64,000 bases of DNA, taken from positions 94,612,001 through 94,676,000 of the forward strand of contig OX597818.1 of the NCBI GenBank assembly GCA_951406725.2, read 5' to 3'. Positions 42,229 through 57,100 of this stretch are shown in pieces. Origin of the DNA: Octopus vulgaris (taxonomy: Eukaryota). Position 1 is the stretch's first letter, and each line of letters opens with the position of its first letter. Below the pieces are notes generated by a model, which made no database searches, was not told the DNA's origin, and worked only from the letters and a program-made list of their open reading frames with translations. The position numbers and the translations under genes were made by a program.

Positions 42229-42423
42229 TTGAATAGCCTCATCAATGTCCTCTGAAGCTGAAAATCTGCCTAGCTAGTGTACAGAATAGTGGTCGGGCAA
42301 GCAAAATCCAATCCCTCTCCCCTCCATTTATCATCCAAAGCATAGCTGCAGCGGAGTTACTGCACTAGTAATGCATGGGGTAGTCAGTCAGTCAGACAGT
42401 TGTTGCTATGGTGACATGTGAGC
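42229..42423 (+). promoter_or_regulatory. 3' arm of a putative long-range intronic RNA duplex (upstream of exon 6B)
   Basis: Reverse-complementary to 26023-26140 in nested order, with an ~88-nt insertion (42305-42392). Ends ~40 nt before the 6B acceptor. Confidence 0.8.
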
Positions 42424-42464
42424 TGCTTTTTGATCAGCAAATCCATTGTTCTTTCATATTTCAG

Positions 42465-42537
42465 TCACTGCATGCAGCAAATATTAGAGAGTGTTAATTA
42501 TTGCCATCACCATGGTATTGTACACAGAGATCTGAAG
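42465..42537 (+). CDS. CaMKII: CaMKII alternative exon '6B' (73 nt), (S)[24 protein letters not shown]
   Basis: TTTCAG acceptor ending at 42464; consensus GTGAGT donor at 42538. Same length and phase as 6A; 56/73 nt identical to it by hand count. Confidence 0.95.
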
Positions 42538-43282
42538 GTGAGTAAATCCCCCCTCCTTTTAGTTCTTAACTATTTCTACATCTTATTATTATCATGTTCT
42601 CTATGTCCTTTTTTTTTTTTACTTTGTTTTAGTCATCAAAACTTTTGCAAACAAAAATAAAATTAAGTAAAACAGCAGCATTCCTTAAGTTTTGCTTATG
42701 TTTTAGAGTGCCACTGATAACAACTCATTTGGTTATTTTTCTTACATAATCATCATCAACTACTGCTGACTTCTATCTCTATTCAAATATTTCATCTTGC
42801 TTTCACATTTAAATCATCATTATTGTTATTTTTTCCTTTGTTGTTGAAGAAAAAAAAAACATCAATTAAAAGTGTGTTTTTTTTATTTTATATAAATTGT
42901 ATATAAAAACCTTCAAGAAATTTCAAGATAAAAATACTTAATAATTAAGAAATTTAAACTGAAAACAATTTCATGTAACTTTGATATTGAATGTTGTTTA
43001 AAAATATTGATTATAATCATTTGGATTCTACTTCATTCATTTTAAAGAAATTACTTTTTCAAAAACATTTTACAATCTTTCTTAATAATGCTGTTTTTTT
43101 TTTTTTTTAGTCATTTTCTATACTGGAGAGAAATATAATAATTCCATATATTCTCTTGTTTTCACCTTTTTTGTTGTTAAATGTAACCCTACACTGGATT
43201 ATCCTGTACTGTCCTTGATTTTTTGTCAATCCATGTGGTAATAAAATATTATTACTATTACTACTACTACTGCTGCTGCTGC

Positions 43283-44100
43283 AGTGAACTGGCAGAATCG
43301 TTTGCATGCCAGACAGAATGCTTAGCACTATTTCACCCATCTTTACATTCTGAGTTCAAATTCCACCTGTCATCCTTTTGGGATAGATAAATAAGTACCC
43401 ATCAAGTACTGGGAGTGATATAATTGACTACCCACCTCCCACCAAATTTCAGAAAGGATTATTATTATTGTTAGTGAAGGATTTAAGGTGGTGAGCTGGC
43501 AGAGTTGTTAGCATGCTAGATCAAACACTTACCAGTATTTCTTCTGGCTTTGCTCCTGGAGTTAAAATGCTGCTGGGGTCAGCTTTGCCTTTCATTCTTT
43601 CATGATCAATAACATAAATACCAGTTGAGCACTGGGGTTGGTGTAATTGACGAGCTTTTCTCCTCTCAAATATCTGGCCTTGTACCTATAGTAGGAAGAA
43701 TTATTATTATAAAATAAAATAAAGTAACCAAGAGTTTTTATAGGATAAATTAAAGTAACCAAGAATTATTATTATTTTTATTATTATTATTATTATTATA
43801 GGATAAAATAAACCAGTCAAAAATTGGAGTTGATGTAATCATCTAATCTCTTGCTTCCAACAAATTTTGGGCTTTGTGCCTATGTTTGAAACAATTATCC
43901 TTATTACTGGTGCAGCATTAACAGAACCAGTAGAATCACATGTTTTGTGGTATTTAGTTTCATTCTTTTACTTTTTGTGTTCAAATTTGCCTTTAATCTT
44001 TCTAAATCTATAAAATTAGTACCAGTTACATACTGGGTTGATTAAGTGACTACACCCACCCACTGAATGTGTAGCATTGCACATATGCTACAATTTGTGT
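43283..44100 (+). mobile_element. Head-to-tail cluster of ~4 family A SINEs downstream of exon 6B
   Basis: Units start near 43283, 43488, 43800 (partial) and 43910, separated by (ATT)n. Confidence 0.83.
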
Positions 44101-44724
44101 TATTATGATAATAGTTATCTTTAAACATACTGACACATAACATATTCATAAGTGTAAGAGTTGAAGTCATAAGTAGTCCCATAGTAATAGAGTTTGTTTA
44201 AAATAAAATGATATGGTTAAATAGGTAACCAAGTTCACGTGGGATAATGTTAGCCAAGTGAAAATACAATCATAGGTGTTACTCATATCTGGTGAGCAAT
44301 ATTTAAATATCACTAAATTAGAAAAGGTAAAATATGTTACAACTGTTACTCAAAATGTGCCACTGAAAGTGACCAAGTAACAATGACAATCCTTCAAAAT
44401 AAAGACTGATTTGAGAAGATTGTGGATCAACACCTCACTCCTTCCAGGTGAAATGTATAGTTCTGGCAAGTGAGAGAGAGAGAAAGAAAGACAGAGAGAT
44501 TATTTGGGGAAAAAATGTAGTAGTTAAAAGAAACACAGAATAACAAAGAAAAGATCCTAAGTGTTATATAGACACAAATAATAACGTTGCAGGGTGCAGT
44601 ATACATTTTGTATAATCTGACTCAGGAAACACATTTATCTAATGCTATATAGTATATGTCTAAGGGACATGAAAGTCAGTGTGTTGCTGAAGGAGAAAGA
44701 TCTTTCAGAAAGAAGTAATAATTA

Positions 44725-45270
44725 TTATCTCCTTTGTTATTCTGTTTAGCTCTGTTTCCCTTAAGTAAATTCCTGAATGAAACAAATTATGGATACAAGG
44801 TATATGGAAAAAGCCATCAATCATCTTCTCTAATATGGATGACTTGAAACTTTTTGCAAGAAATGATCAACACCTGTAAGCAATCCACATAGTGAAACAA
44901 TTTTGTGATAACATCAAAATAGAATTTGGATTTGATAAATGCAGTAAAGCTACATTTGTCGTGAGAAACTAACAAATTCATGCAAAATTACCCTAGAGAG
45001 AGATACTAAAATAAAAGAATTAGAATCTAAGGGCAGTTATAAGTGCCTATAATAAGAGAAAAGGTAAGAAAGGAATGCTATTGTAGAGTAAAAGTTATTC
45101 TGCAGAATTGAATGCTAGAAACAAAATCGAGCCCATAAACACATTAGCCATGCCTGTGATCACAAACAACTTCAATTTCATAAACTGGTCATCTCTGAAT
45201 TAAATAAAGTTGTTTTTAAAATCTGAAAGCTGATGATAATGCATCGTGTACAGCACCCAAAAGCTAAAGT
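44725..45270 (+). mobile_element. Decayed RT fragment of an R4/Dong-like non-LTR retrotransposon
   Basis: LSPLLFCLALFPLS, INHLL-MDDLKLFA, IEFGFDKC and LNARNKIEPINTLAMPVI in order, with frameshifts. Confidence 0.8.
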
Positions 45271-47662
45271 CTTCACCTAGGATAAATGAAATCTCAACTG
45301 TCTTTTCAATTTTTCTTCTCTCTCTCTCTCTCCACACATTCACATAATCTAGCTCACTCATAAAACCTAGTCAGCTAGTTTTCAATAACTACTATTTCTG
45401 CTGAAGAACTACAATGATATTCTCTCCTGACTTTGTTTTCTGTTTGTTTTTATTGTTATTGTTTGTTTTAAACTGCATAGTAAAATAAGTAGGTCATCTA
45501 ATTTAATTTGGCATTATCAACTGCTTGCTTTACTACTTCAGATCTTCATCTCAATTCCTCTATTAACCTAATTCTATCTACTCATCACAAATAATATCTT
45601 TCACTTCACACTAATATACATGTAAGTTGAGTCCATGGTCTGCTCTGAGCCAATCTCTATCCCCATGTTGCCATTACTAAATCCTTTCAAAATAAATAAC
45701 TAAATAAGTATGAGTGCTGCAATTATGTATATTCTTAAATATAAAAAAAATGGATATCAAACATGTAAGTCATATGGGAAACAGTGCTAGACTATATGGA
45801 AGCCTAGTTCAACTTCTACCAGAATAAAACCTTTGCAAGAAGTGCTTGGACTGTAGAATTGTGAATGTGGAGTTACTCAGTGTTGGGAGGATATAGAAAT
45901 ACTGATCCATATTTGATCCATGAATTAATTATACAAATAACCTGATATTTAAAACCATTGTGACATAGGAAAATTATATATTAAATTTTGGTGGCAGGAG
46001 TTAACTGCATCATGTTGATTTCAAACATGACATTACAACTTCACCAATTCTTTACCAATCAATATTTTAGATTAATTTCAATTTATAATTAACTTTGATC
46101 AAGCATTCATTTTTGTTTACTTTTCCAAATTGTTATCTTCCTATATTCTTCACATTTCAGTTGAAGTTAGTATGAATTACTAGGAAGCTGGTTAGTTTTA
46201 TACAGTTAGAAAAAATTATATGAAAAGCAGTAGAACAAAAAGCAAATTTTAGTGCAATAAATTTTATAAATTAATGCAAGCAAATCAGACACTTTAAAGA
46301 TTTTAGATCTTAATTATTGTCAGCATGGCTTGCAAGTCTGGGCCAAGAATGTTTCATGCGAAGAGGTACATTTTTCTTTTTAGCTAATTTATTTTATTCA
46401 TAGTTGAAATAGCCAAATATGTTATTTAGTCTGTTATATGCAACTCTCTGTATTCATCTGAGTTTAAAAGAATTCACAAATGAAGCAGTGTGATGTAAAA
46501 CAAATAAGCCATAAGAGAAAGATATAACAAGACCTTTCTCAAAAGAATTGCAAATGTAAGTGAAGTGAATTGGCTTCAACACTAGCCTGGTACTTTGGAG
46601 TTGATAAATTCTACCAGTAATAATCATAGTAATGACTTGCAATGGGTTGCAGTTACTTTTATTATTTCCATCCCAATACTTACCAGGTGCTTATTTTGTC
46701 AACCTCCAAAAGTTGAAAGGTAAAATAAACCTTGGTGGTGACCAAAATCTAAAGTTGTTTTTATTGATTTGTGAGGACTTTTGAGGTTTGAAATTGTCTA
46801 AAATCATCAACCTCGCTAAGCAATGCAACTATTTGACTTTAATTCTTGAAATATCTACATGTTTATAGAACACAAAAGGTGTTCCAATATTTGTATTTAG
46901 CACCATACTTGAACTAGGGCTACTATGTCATTATTCTAATGATTCACGAGGAGATATGCTTCATGAAAGCTTCTTAACAGATGGGTATGTCAAGGATCTT
47001 TGAAGATACTAGTGTCTTAGTTCATGTCTACTCAACAGTCAAGGTTTCATAAAACTCCTGTAGAACATAGTGCTAGCAGCAAGCAGCAAAATGGTAAATT
47101 TCACCATGAGAAGCTGGTCATTAAAAGTAACCCCCAACCTTCACCACTCACACACAGACACACATATAGGAAGTGAAAATCAATCAAATGATACTGTACA
47201 ATTATGGTATAGTAATTTTCCATTTCCAACAAAAACCTTTAGAAACAGATTCTGAGATTATGTCTTGATGAAATTCATCACTCTGTCAATTCATATCTTG
47301 AAATCATTTTGTAATCATAGACCAGTAGAACTACACTTTAATTGGCTCCTTATAAACATATCATAGCAGAATACTGTAAGGTATTGAAGCTGCACTAAAG
47401 TTTCAAATAGTTGTTTTCATTTCTCTTCCCTGGGACTTTATTCAAATGATGGTTATTGCTTTCCTCTTCCCATTCAATATTAACTATTAAAATCAGATTT
47501 CATATAATGCTTGTAGGCTATATGAGCCTGTTACTTTATGGTCTCTCTCTCTCTCGATTTCTGTATAAGGCCACCTCACTGTTTGTAACTTGTCTTTGTA
47601 ATGTCCACTTCATCTGAAGGCTCTGTAGCAAAAAAAAAAAAAAGAAAGAAAGAAAAAAAAAC

Positions 47663-47702
<40 letters not shown>

Positions 47703-48899
47703 ATATTAGTTTCTACTTTTCTAACCCTTCTCTTTCAATGTACAACACACTGCAATACAGACACCCCTCTCTAAAACTAACCAATACATTACCATTATCT
47801 GACACTTTGTCATTTTCATGAAGAGGTGTTCATTGTCTTGTCAGCAGTTGTTACTACTGTTCACTAGTACTACAAATATGTTTTGCAAGTCAAGTGAAAG
47901 ATTAATATGACAATATTTTCTATTTTGCCAGCAATTCTACATAAAGAGTTCCAATTTATTTCGTAACTAAAAGGGGTTTACAAAAATTCTTTAATATTTG
48001 ATGGAAATCAACTATAGAACTGTTATTGATTCGTAATCCATTTTAAAGCATGTTCCTTAGTGTGTGTTTGTGTGTTTGATAAAAAATATTTTTATATCCC
48101 CTCTACTCTCTGTAGAATCTAATCATTACTGAATAAAAGTCTATATTTAACTGTGAAATTCCAGTGAAATGTTACATTTATGGTAATAATAAATAATAAT
48201 AGTAATGATGTTAACAAGAACAACAGTAAAGCTCAGTTTACAGAGCTGTGTGTGTAATTTATTTTGCAATTTTCCAGCAGAATTTCACAACCCAATGTAA
48301 GAAGAGGAAGAAAATAGGTAGCTAGGAAATTGCATATTTTATCCAATATCTGAAATGTTTATGTATCTTTCTAACCTCATGTATTTGTTTCCAATAAGTC
48401 AAAACTGTTTAGCTAGGAAGTTCCTTTTTGGTGTATAAGGTGGGGTAAGGTGGGTATAGTTATTTTCACTGTAATTCATTGATTTTAGGACATATTCGTT
48501 AAAAAAAGGTTAATCATATGCTGCTGCATTATGAATAAAACTTCATTTAGTGGGTTTCAGCCTGCATTTGAATCCTCTTATTAAATCTTATCTTTGAATT
48601 ATGAACATTCAAGAGTAAGATATGGAGCTTAACTGTTTTGATACCAAACACGCAAGATATAACTTATGAGTCTAAAGTACATCCAGTTTTCCAAGTGCTC
48701 TCACACGAATTAAAATCCTTCATTATTTTAAGAATCTTTTGTTATGGTCAAACACTAACTTAATCAGTTATTAAAATAATGTTAGTCATTTTACAAAATC
48801 TGTCCAAAATCTTAATTATTTACAAAATTCCTTGAAATGTAGGGACTATATGTTTTTTAAAATATGGCAATTAGAAAAAGAAGTATATCAATTATTTAA

Positions 48900-49116
48900 C
48901 CCTTTAGCATTCAGATTACTCTGTCAAATGCAATTCTTATTTATTCATATTACTTTGAATTAATCATGTATCTTAGGCCTTTAAGATTTTGATGAGGTGA
49001 TTGTTTATTTTTAAAATGACATTGTAGGGTAGGTGTGAGAAGTTTGATCTTACCAGTTTGAACAAAATACAGGTAGAATATTGTGGCCAGATATGGCTGG
49101 TTTAAACTCTTAAGTG
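48900..49116. mobile_element. Second, more decayed copy of the piggyBac-like MITE
   Basis: TTAA-CCCTTTAGCATTCAGATT...AATGACATTGTAGGGTAGGTG...GATATGGC.GGTTTAAA is colinear with 2775-2994; right TIR eroded. Confidence 0.85.
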
Positions 49117-51895
49117 CTAAAATGAAAAAAGAAATTCAGTTACCATAAAATGAAATGGAAAAATAACCGGTCCTCTTTTTTCAATTTGTGTATGTATGTG
49201 TGTATGTATATATATATGTATGTATGTATGTATATTTATATTTCTCTCCAAGTCTAAAAAGCTCAACAATGTTTTATTTTATCAAATATGTGTCAATCAG
49301 TTAACTGTTGAATTAATTTTTGAACAATGCTGCTCTACATCATCTTTTTTTTTTTTTACATTTTTGAGTTGTTATACAGGATTAAACTCACTAAAACTAT
49401 GCAAAACAGCTGTATTTTGAATTATTATTACTACTGTAACAGACAGTATTCAATTGTAAAATTGATGAAAAGAAAATTCTTTTTTCCAAACTAATTTTTT
49501 TTCTCTTTCTCTTCTACTTTTACATCATTTTCTTGAATGTTTTCTGCCACTATACTTGATAATTCAATCAACAGACTTCCATGTTAAAATGTCTCACTGT
49601 CTGAGAGACATCATTATCAAAATGGTAAACAGGGATTAAAATATTAATCTCATCTTGTTAAGGTTTTATTCTTATTTTGATTTTATTTTAGTTTTAATGC
49701 TGTGTTTTTATCCTGGTAAATTTTTTTATAGTCTTTGGGTACAATTAATTTTTTTTTTTTATATTCACACCTATCTTTGAGTCAAGATAGAACTCAGAAT
49801 ACTTTATACCACTTACAGTGTTCAAATTTCTTATTCTCTATACTTTTCTACTCAATGGATAAAAAATGCCAGATCCGGTACATTGCAATTAAAGTTGGTG
49901 AGTTCATTGACAAGGTAAAGGAAAGTGTGTGTGTGCGTGCATGTGTGTGTGTGTGTGTGCGTGCATGCGTGTGTGTGTGTGCGTGTGTGTGTGTATGTTT
50001 AAATCACCTGAAGACACTGAAAATATGCCAGTTGGAATGATAAAACATAAATAACAGGTATGACTTAGCAGAGTTGATGAGTTCATTTGCATGGCAAAGA
50101 AAAACATGCTTGTGTGTGTGTGTGTGTATGTGTGTGTGTGTGTGTGTATGTATATAGCACCTAAGACACCTTGAGTATATGCCAATTGGTATGATAGAAC
50201 AGAAATAAATATCTAAAACACAAGTCTAAAGAGTGGTGTTATCAAACAAAAACTAACCTCTACTGCTAATGTATTGACATGTTGAAATAGTTCATGTGTT
50301 AAAACAAATTTCTTTCTACCTCTTGTGAAAAGAGTTCTCAGCTACATGTTTGCCACACATAAATAGAGTTGGATAAAAAAAAAGACATGTATAAAAACTA
50401 TTAATATTTGTCCTTTCAATTTCCCTTTTCTGTTTCATATTCACAAATTTTCCCTTTTTTGAATGATCTGCATAGCATTTTGATATCATATTAATCTTTT
50501 TAATTTCAAATGTTCATAGTTAGAATTTTTAAATTGTTAACACATTGTTTCATCTTGAGATTAATTTCCCTCTCAGCTATTTGGTCAAGAGAATGAAGGA
50601 CTATATATTTAGTAGACATAGGTATTTCTAAATTAATTTGTTTAATTTTCTTCTTTTCTTGTATTCTATACTCAATTTTTTGAAATTTTTTTATTATATT
50701 ACTCTAACATTCTCTTTTAATTTTTTTATAAATATATAAAATCTTGATATTTTGCTGTTACCTTTTTTCAAATTTAATTTAGAAAAAAAAAGTAAATTTT
50801 ATTCTTGTTTGCTCTTTCAAAAGCAGTTCACTTTTATATTCAAATTTTATATTTTATTGAATATTTTAAAATTTGTTGAAATGTTCGCATATGATTCTTT
50901 TTTTAATTTCTTACTGCTTTTTTTCTTTATTTCCACTATAGTATTGCATTTCTCAAGAAGTTAAAAAAAACATTAGCTGACTTCATTCACTTATTCCTAA
51001 TATTATTTCTCGTGTAAAATATTACATAATTTCATGAAACGCTGGTCAAGAAATAAACTTACCTTATTGTCTCATTGTTTTGAGAATAGGAATATAGACT
51101 TATGCTCCTTTTAGCCTATCTTCCTGTACTGAAAATAACTCCAATTGAGACTAAGTTGTGTTTGCAGATCTGATGTTCAACTTGGTGTTAGAGAGTTTGT
51201 TAATTTGCACCAAAAAAAACATTTTTAAAGCATTTAAACTTTTCAAAGTATAATTGTAACTCTGATTGTACTCCTGCAACGAGCTGTATTGATAACTGTT
51301 AATTCTGCTAATCTAATATTATTATAAATAATATTTTCCTGACTTCTGTTTCCACTTTGAATCATAAAATGTTTTTGTCATTAGAAAGACCTATTACAAA
51401 CTGCAAATTGACTCAATCACATTAATGATTTAAAAAAAAAATGTTATGTTTTTGGTTGGAAATTACCTTCAGCTTGTCAAAAAAGTTATAATATTATATT
51501 TTTCCGAATTTTTTTTTTTGGGGGGGGGGAAATGCAAATTTTGATTTAAAACTATAAATTTTAAAATCATTTCCAAATAATAATGATAATTTGTAAAATC
51601 AAGTCAGAAGTTTTTAAGTTATTGGTTTGGCATACATGACATATATGTTTATATATTGTTCAACTTAAGTTCAACTAAAGATTTGTTACATAAAGTGTTA
51701 TTTCTTGGCTAACGGGTCATTTATCTTCCTTTCTTTTTTGCTTTTCTCGTGGGAACATTATTTGCAATGTTGCCGCACGTTATTCTAACATATATATATA
51801 CACACACATATATATATATACATATTTTTTTTTTTCAATATTTATTTCATTTATTTCTACCAATCTGCCTCCCTACTTGCTGTATCTTGTAATAG

Positions 51896-52006
<111 letters not shown>

Positions 52007-54060
52007 TAGTTATCAAGTTTATTCATTCTGTTAACATCTCAAATGCATCATTCAAAACAAATTATCTTCTGTTCACTGTTATTACTGATATATTTCTTTA
52101 CCTTCATGTCACAAACAATTAAAATTGCATGTGTGGAAATGTTGCTCAGAATTAGAAAGTTTTAAAATTTACTTTCAGAGAAGAAGAAAAAAAAGATAAT
52201 CCCACCATTGCTATCGTCATCATCAACCCTGCCAATCATCGTCATCTTCATCATCATTATATATGCATGCTCACAGAGCACACACACACACACACACATT
52301 GATAAATCCAATAATTAAATGTGCGAAGTTAAGAATAATAACTGCTAGATTCTTACAATATTCCAGTCATAGCCAGATATTTTAATCTCAACTCATCTGT
52401 CAACATTTATACAAAATGTTACAAGTTAATCTTTCAAGTTATTTTCTCATCTTTTTTATGTTTCTTGTCAAAATTGCCTTTCAGTCTTCTGTTCATCTAA
52501 AACCATATTTTTTTTTAAACATTTGTTTTCTTTTTACTTCGCTTTAACTATTCAAAAAGAAAGCTGAATGAGAAGTTCTTCGTTAGGGTGGTTTTTACCC
52601 AAGTTTCCAATATACCTTCCTGAGTAACTCTTTCTAAAGATGTTTCTGTATTTCCACAATGTCTTATTTCTGGTTTATCCAGTTATTGTCCCTGTTGAGA
52701 TCTAACAGAGCAACAACTATCTTTACAATATCTTATAGAATTTTGTATCAAACATGGAACATTTAGAAATGTTCCATGTGTATCATTCTGCTACCCAGAT
52801 ATTGAATTGTTGAAGTTTTAAGTTGAAGCTATGAGTAACCATCACTAATGTATTAAACAGCTAGTTTAAAGTACTATTTTCCCTTCAGTATGGTGTTTAT
52901 TTTGTCAGTTATTTCACTCTGTATTTCCTTGTGTTCTTAAATTCTATGAGCAATTTTAAGAATTCACATTCTTTCATTTCACTGTGAATCTGGCCATGCT
53001 GGAGTACCAAAGTATCAGAAAACAGATTTTTTCTTGGAAATACTTTCAAAAATTTAAAATGTGTAAGGCTTATTACTCTTGTTACTGTCTAACCCCAGGT
53101 TAGCCTTAATTAAGCAGACCTATGATAAGTTATTGACCAAATGAAGAGGTGTGAGCTTCAGATCTACCTACCCAGTCACATTTTTTCTCTATCAAGCTCA
53201 AGAGCATCCAGTATGTTTCATATATGAATACATCTATATAAACAATATGATTGAAGATAGAAAGTAGCTAATGGGTATATTATGCATATTTCAGGAGTTA
53301 TTGCTCCTTCTTCAGCACCACATCCAACCTATTAACCACCCACACACATATTGCTTAAACATCCACTAAATTTAATGGTATAACAGTACTAGATAGACCA
53401 ACTTACATGTTAAAAACATTCCTGGCAACTGGTATGTACATATTAATTGCTGGTAGGGATACCTATTTTGTTTTGCAACCATAATATACGACCAAGTTTA
53501 TTAATGGTTTATAAGCCAATAAGGTGTCCTACTTTTTGTGTTAGCAGTGTAATGAGGGAAAATTGTTGTTTCAAACAAAAAGTATCATCTGGAATATTGT
53601 TCCATATTGGTTTCTACTCATTACAACAAGTTGCTTTTATGACTTGGCTCTCATATGCGATCAGTAAAATGAATATCAGTCAAATTACTGGGGTTGATAT
53701 AATTGATTTGAACCCTTTAAGAAGTTCCCTAAATTGTGATAATTTAGTGATTAAAACTAATGAAAAAATGTAATTATATATAATGACTGCATTCTTTCAT
53801 ATGTTATTATATTATGTTAATATGCATAAATTCAGTTTTCATTTCTACATAAAATATACATATGTATATATATATGTATAGAATATATATATATATATAT
53901 ATATAAATGAGGGTGAAAAATTTGATATTAATTTAATAATACCATCAATTTAACACCAAGTGGCTTAGCACATAAAAACCAACAATCTTTTAGTGGCTAT
54001 ACCATAGTGGATCTATATTTAGCACTAGAGTAGACCACATAGTAGTCGCTCTCTCATATT

Positions 54061-54101
<41 letters not shown>

Positions 54102-57100
54102 AGAATATATATATATATATATATCACTCTAATAATTTCATAACTTGTGATGTCATTAGACCATTCTGACAATATCTTCTTCTTGAGTCCCTTTCTTGAA
54201 ATAATTTTGCTTTTAACTTTCAACTTTATCACAATTTTCTGATCTTCATATTATTTTTTTCAAAGAAATAAAAGCAAATAGCAGTATAAAGAATGAAAAG
54301 AATGGAGATGTTCGGTAAAATTTCAACTGGCAATTATTATGAAATTTTTTTCTTTTATTCTTTCTTCTCATTTTTGTTTTTATTTGAAAATAGGTTGTAG
54401 TTTAAATTAAATAATTGAATAAGGTCACATCTATGTTGGAGATCATTAGTGCTAATGATAAATGTAAACTTACTGAAGTAGAATGTTATTTCCATAATAT
54501 TCTGATTCACTGTCACAGAACTGCAAATCAACAGTGAAGAAGGAAATCATAAAAATGTTAATAGAAAGTCATCTTAAAAATTGTTAGATGAGGAAAAAAG
54601 AAAATCAATTATATTCTTTCAAACCTGTATCTTCTTTTGCTGTTAAATGTAGTATTTGATACAGTAGATCATGGGATTGTCGTGGAGGACTAGGCATATC
54701 TGGCAGTGATTTGTTTAACAATGGTTCATATCTTATATTAAGTTCTGTATTATTCCAACAGAGGTTGTTAATAAAATGTGGCCAGAGCTATTATCAGATC
54801 TTGCAGTGTAGTTGAATTTTCAAAACATGTTGCCCTATTTAATGTACTTTCATCCCACAACTGAACTAGATGGCATCAGTTTTAATGAACACGGCTGTGC
54901 AAATAATGATCAGTCTCTCAAGGCATTCCATACTTATCTTTACTATGATGCAAAATAGATCTAGCAACCATTATAGCCAAGAAATGGATAAATGATCAGT
55001 GCTTCAAATTACACAATTGCAAAATCACAAGGAAAAAATTACTTCTTCCCTTTTAATAAAGGCAGTAAATTTGTGATTGATCCCAGCTGTCTCAAAATTA
55101 CGAATATATCTGTCAAGATACAAATCTAGTGGGGGAGAGGTTATCTTGGACTTTCAGTAAACATATCAATCAGTTGCTTGCCCTATCTCTGCTTTATAAT
55201 AAGTAACTTCAGGAAATTCCCCATCTTCATTTTCAAAATGTACGTTATAACTTCCTGTAACTACTATGTTTTCAAATAACTTTGGCAGATTTAAAAAACT
55301 TAAAGCAATTGTGTTTATGTGGTTAAAATCCTTCTTAATAGAAGTACATACTTCACTAGTTATCAGTAAAAGTGAGTATATACTTCAAAACAAGTACATA
55401 CTCCACATTGCACATTCTACATTGGTTAGCTATATAGTCATTTTAGTCATTAGTCATTTCCAAGAGTATTAATTCTCTGGTTCCTTCAGAGTTGATTGAT
55501 TTCTACCAATTTAATTGCAGTTTGTTTTCAACTGTCAACTAGTACCAGATGTCAGCAATAGTTTTCTACCATCCCTAGTTAACAATGATATGAAAATCAT
55601 ACGGAACACTTCAGTGTAAAGATGAAGAATACACTATGACTAGACACTCAGAAATTATTGTTTTAGAGTTCAAAAGGAAGCTACAATATGTATTTTTATT
55701 ATACTTTTAATATTATTATTTAAATTATTTTACTTTCAAGTTATTATTTAACAACAACAGAGTACAATTAAACTACATAGATTGGTATACATAGTAGCAA
55801 CTGTACAATATAAGTGTTGTATCATCATTTTCAAGTAGTATCATTATTATCATTCATTTAGTGTTAAAAATCTTTTTTTTTAATTCCTTTTATATCGTTT
55901 GTATTCTGTTAAATATTATTTAAACTTATCTACTTTATAATAAAAAGCACACAATTCCTGTGTGTTTCCAGTGCTAGTTAACTGACTAAATGGTCATGAG
56001 TTGAAATCATATTAAGGTCATTGTGCTTCAGTTGTCACAGCACACAACTCATTGTGTCGTGGCACATTCTCTACTACTTCATAACTGAGTTGAATTGTCA
56101 CCAACTTAAAAACAATTTTTCTTGAAATATTCTGTTGAAATTTGGAAATGTCACTTCTCCCATACTAGCATAGAAATCTGGATTTCAAAGGAAATTGTAA
56201 AACTTAAAATATTTTCTATTTGAACATGTTGTTGAATACTCACTACAATAATTACTCAATCACTGAAAGATAATGTGCCTGTTTTTTGCCATTTGTTTGC
56301 TTGACAGATTATGTCAGTGTCTATTCTTCAATCTCAGGGTCTACTAATAACAAGTTATAGACTTCTATTAACACAGTTACTAAGAAAAATTATTTTTTCT
56401 CTTTCTTTTTTATCAAGTCGTGATATATTTTAAAGTAATTTAAGCTCTATTTGAAAAATTGAAAGTTTCACCCAAAACAAAATTACTACAGAAATATGTT
56501 CACATGCATAGATGCAGAGCAATTTTTCATTTTCCCTAAGATATTGCTGTTTGCAACAGTTGGGAAAAATACATAAAACTAATACATATTGCACTTTGAC
56601 TGGTTGTAAAGCTTTCAATCTTCTGTCTGATACCTCAAGTCCTTCATCTATAGCAGTATCTCTCATGATACCATTGTAAAGGAAAAGTAACAGTAACATA
56701 ACACTACATTAATTAATTTCTTTTGATATTTATTTATTTATTTTTTCATTATGTACAGAAAAATTTAAGAAAGTCTGTATCCTTCAAATGAAAAATACAG
56801 ATCTCTTTGAAATATTTTACAATTTTTAGATAATTCTTTTCTCATTTTAAACTCCATTTTGGTTAAATTTCAACTTTATCAGTCATTTTTCAACACTGCA
56901 TCACCTCTGTCATGATGTTGTGTTGGTGTACACTCTCATTGCTAAAACATAACAAAAAGTCAAACAGAAACATTGTCTGTTCATATTAATTATTATTTCT
57001 TAACAGGAAAAAAAGAAACTAATTAACCAAAATGTTAATCGGATCTATTAGTGAGATATCTCATAATCAATTATTTATGAGATTTTTGCATTATATTAGA

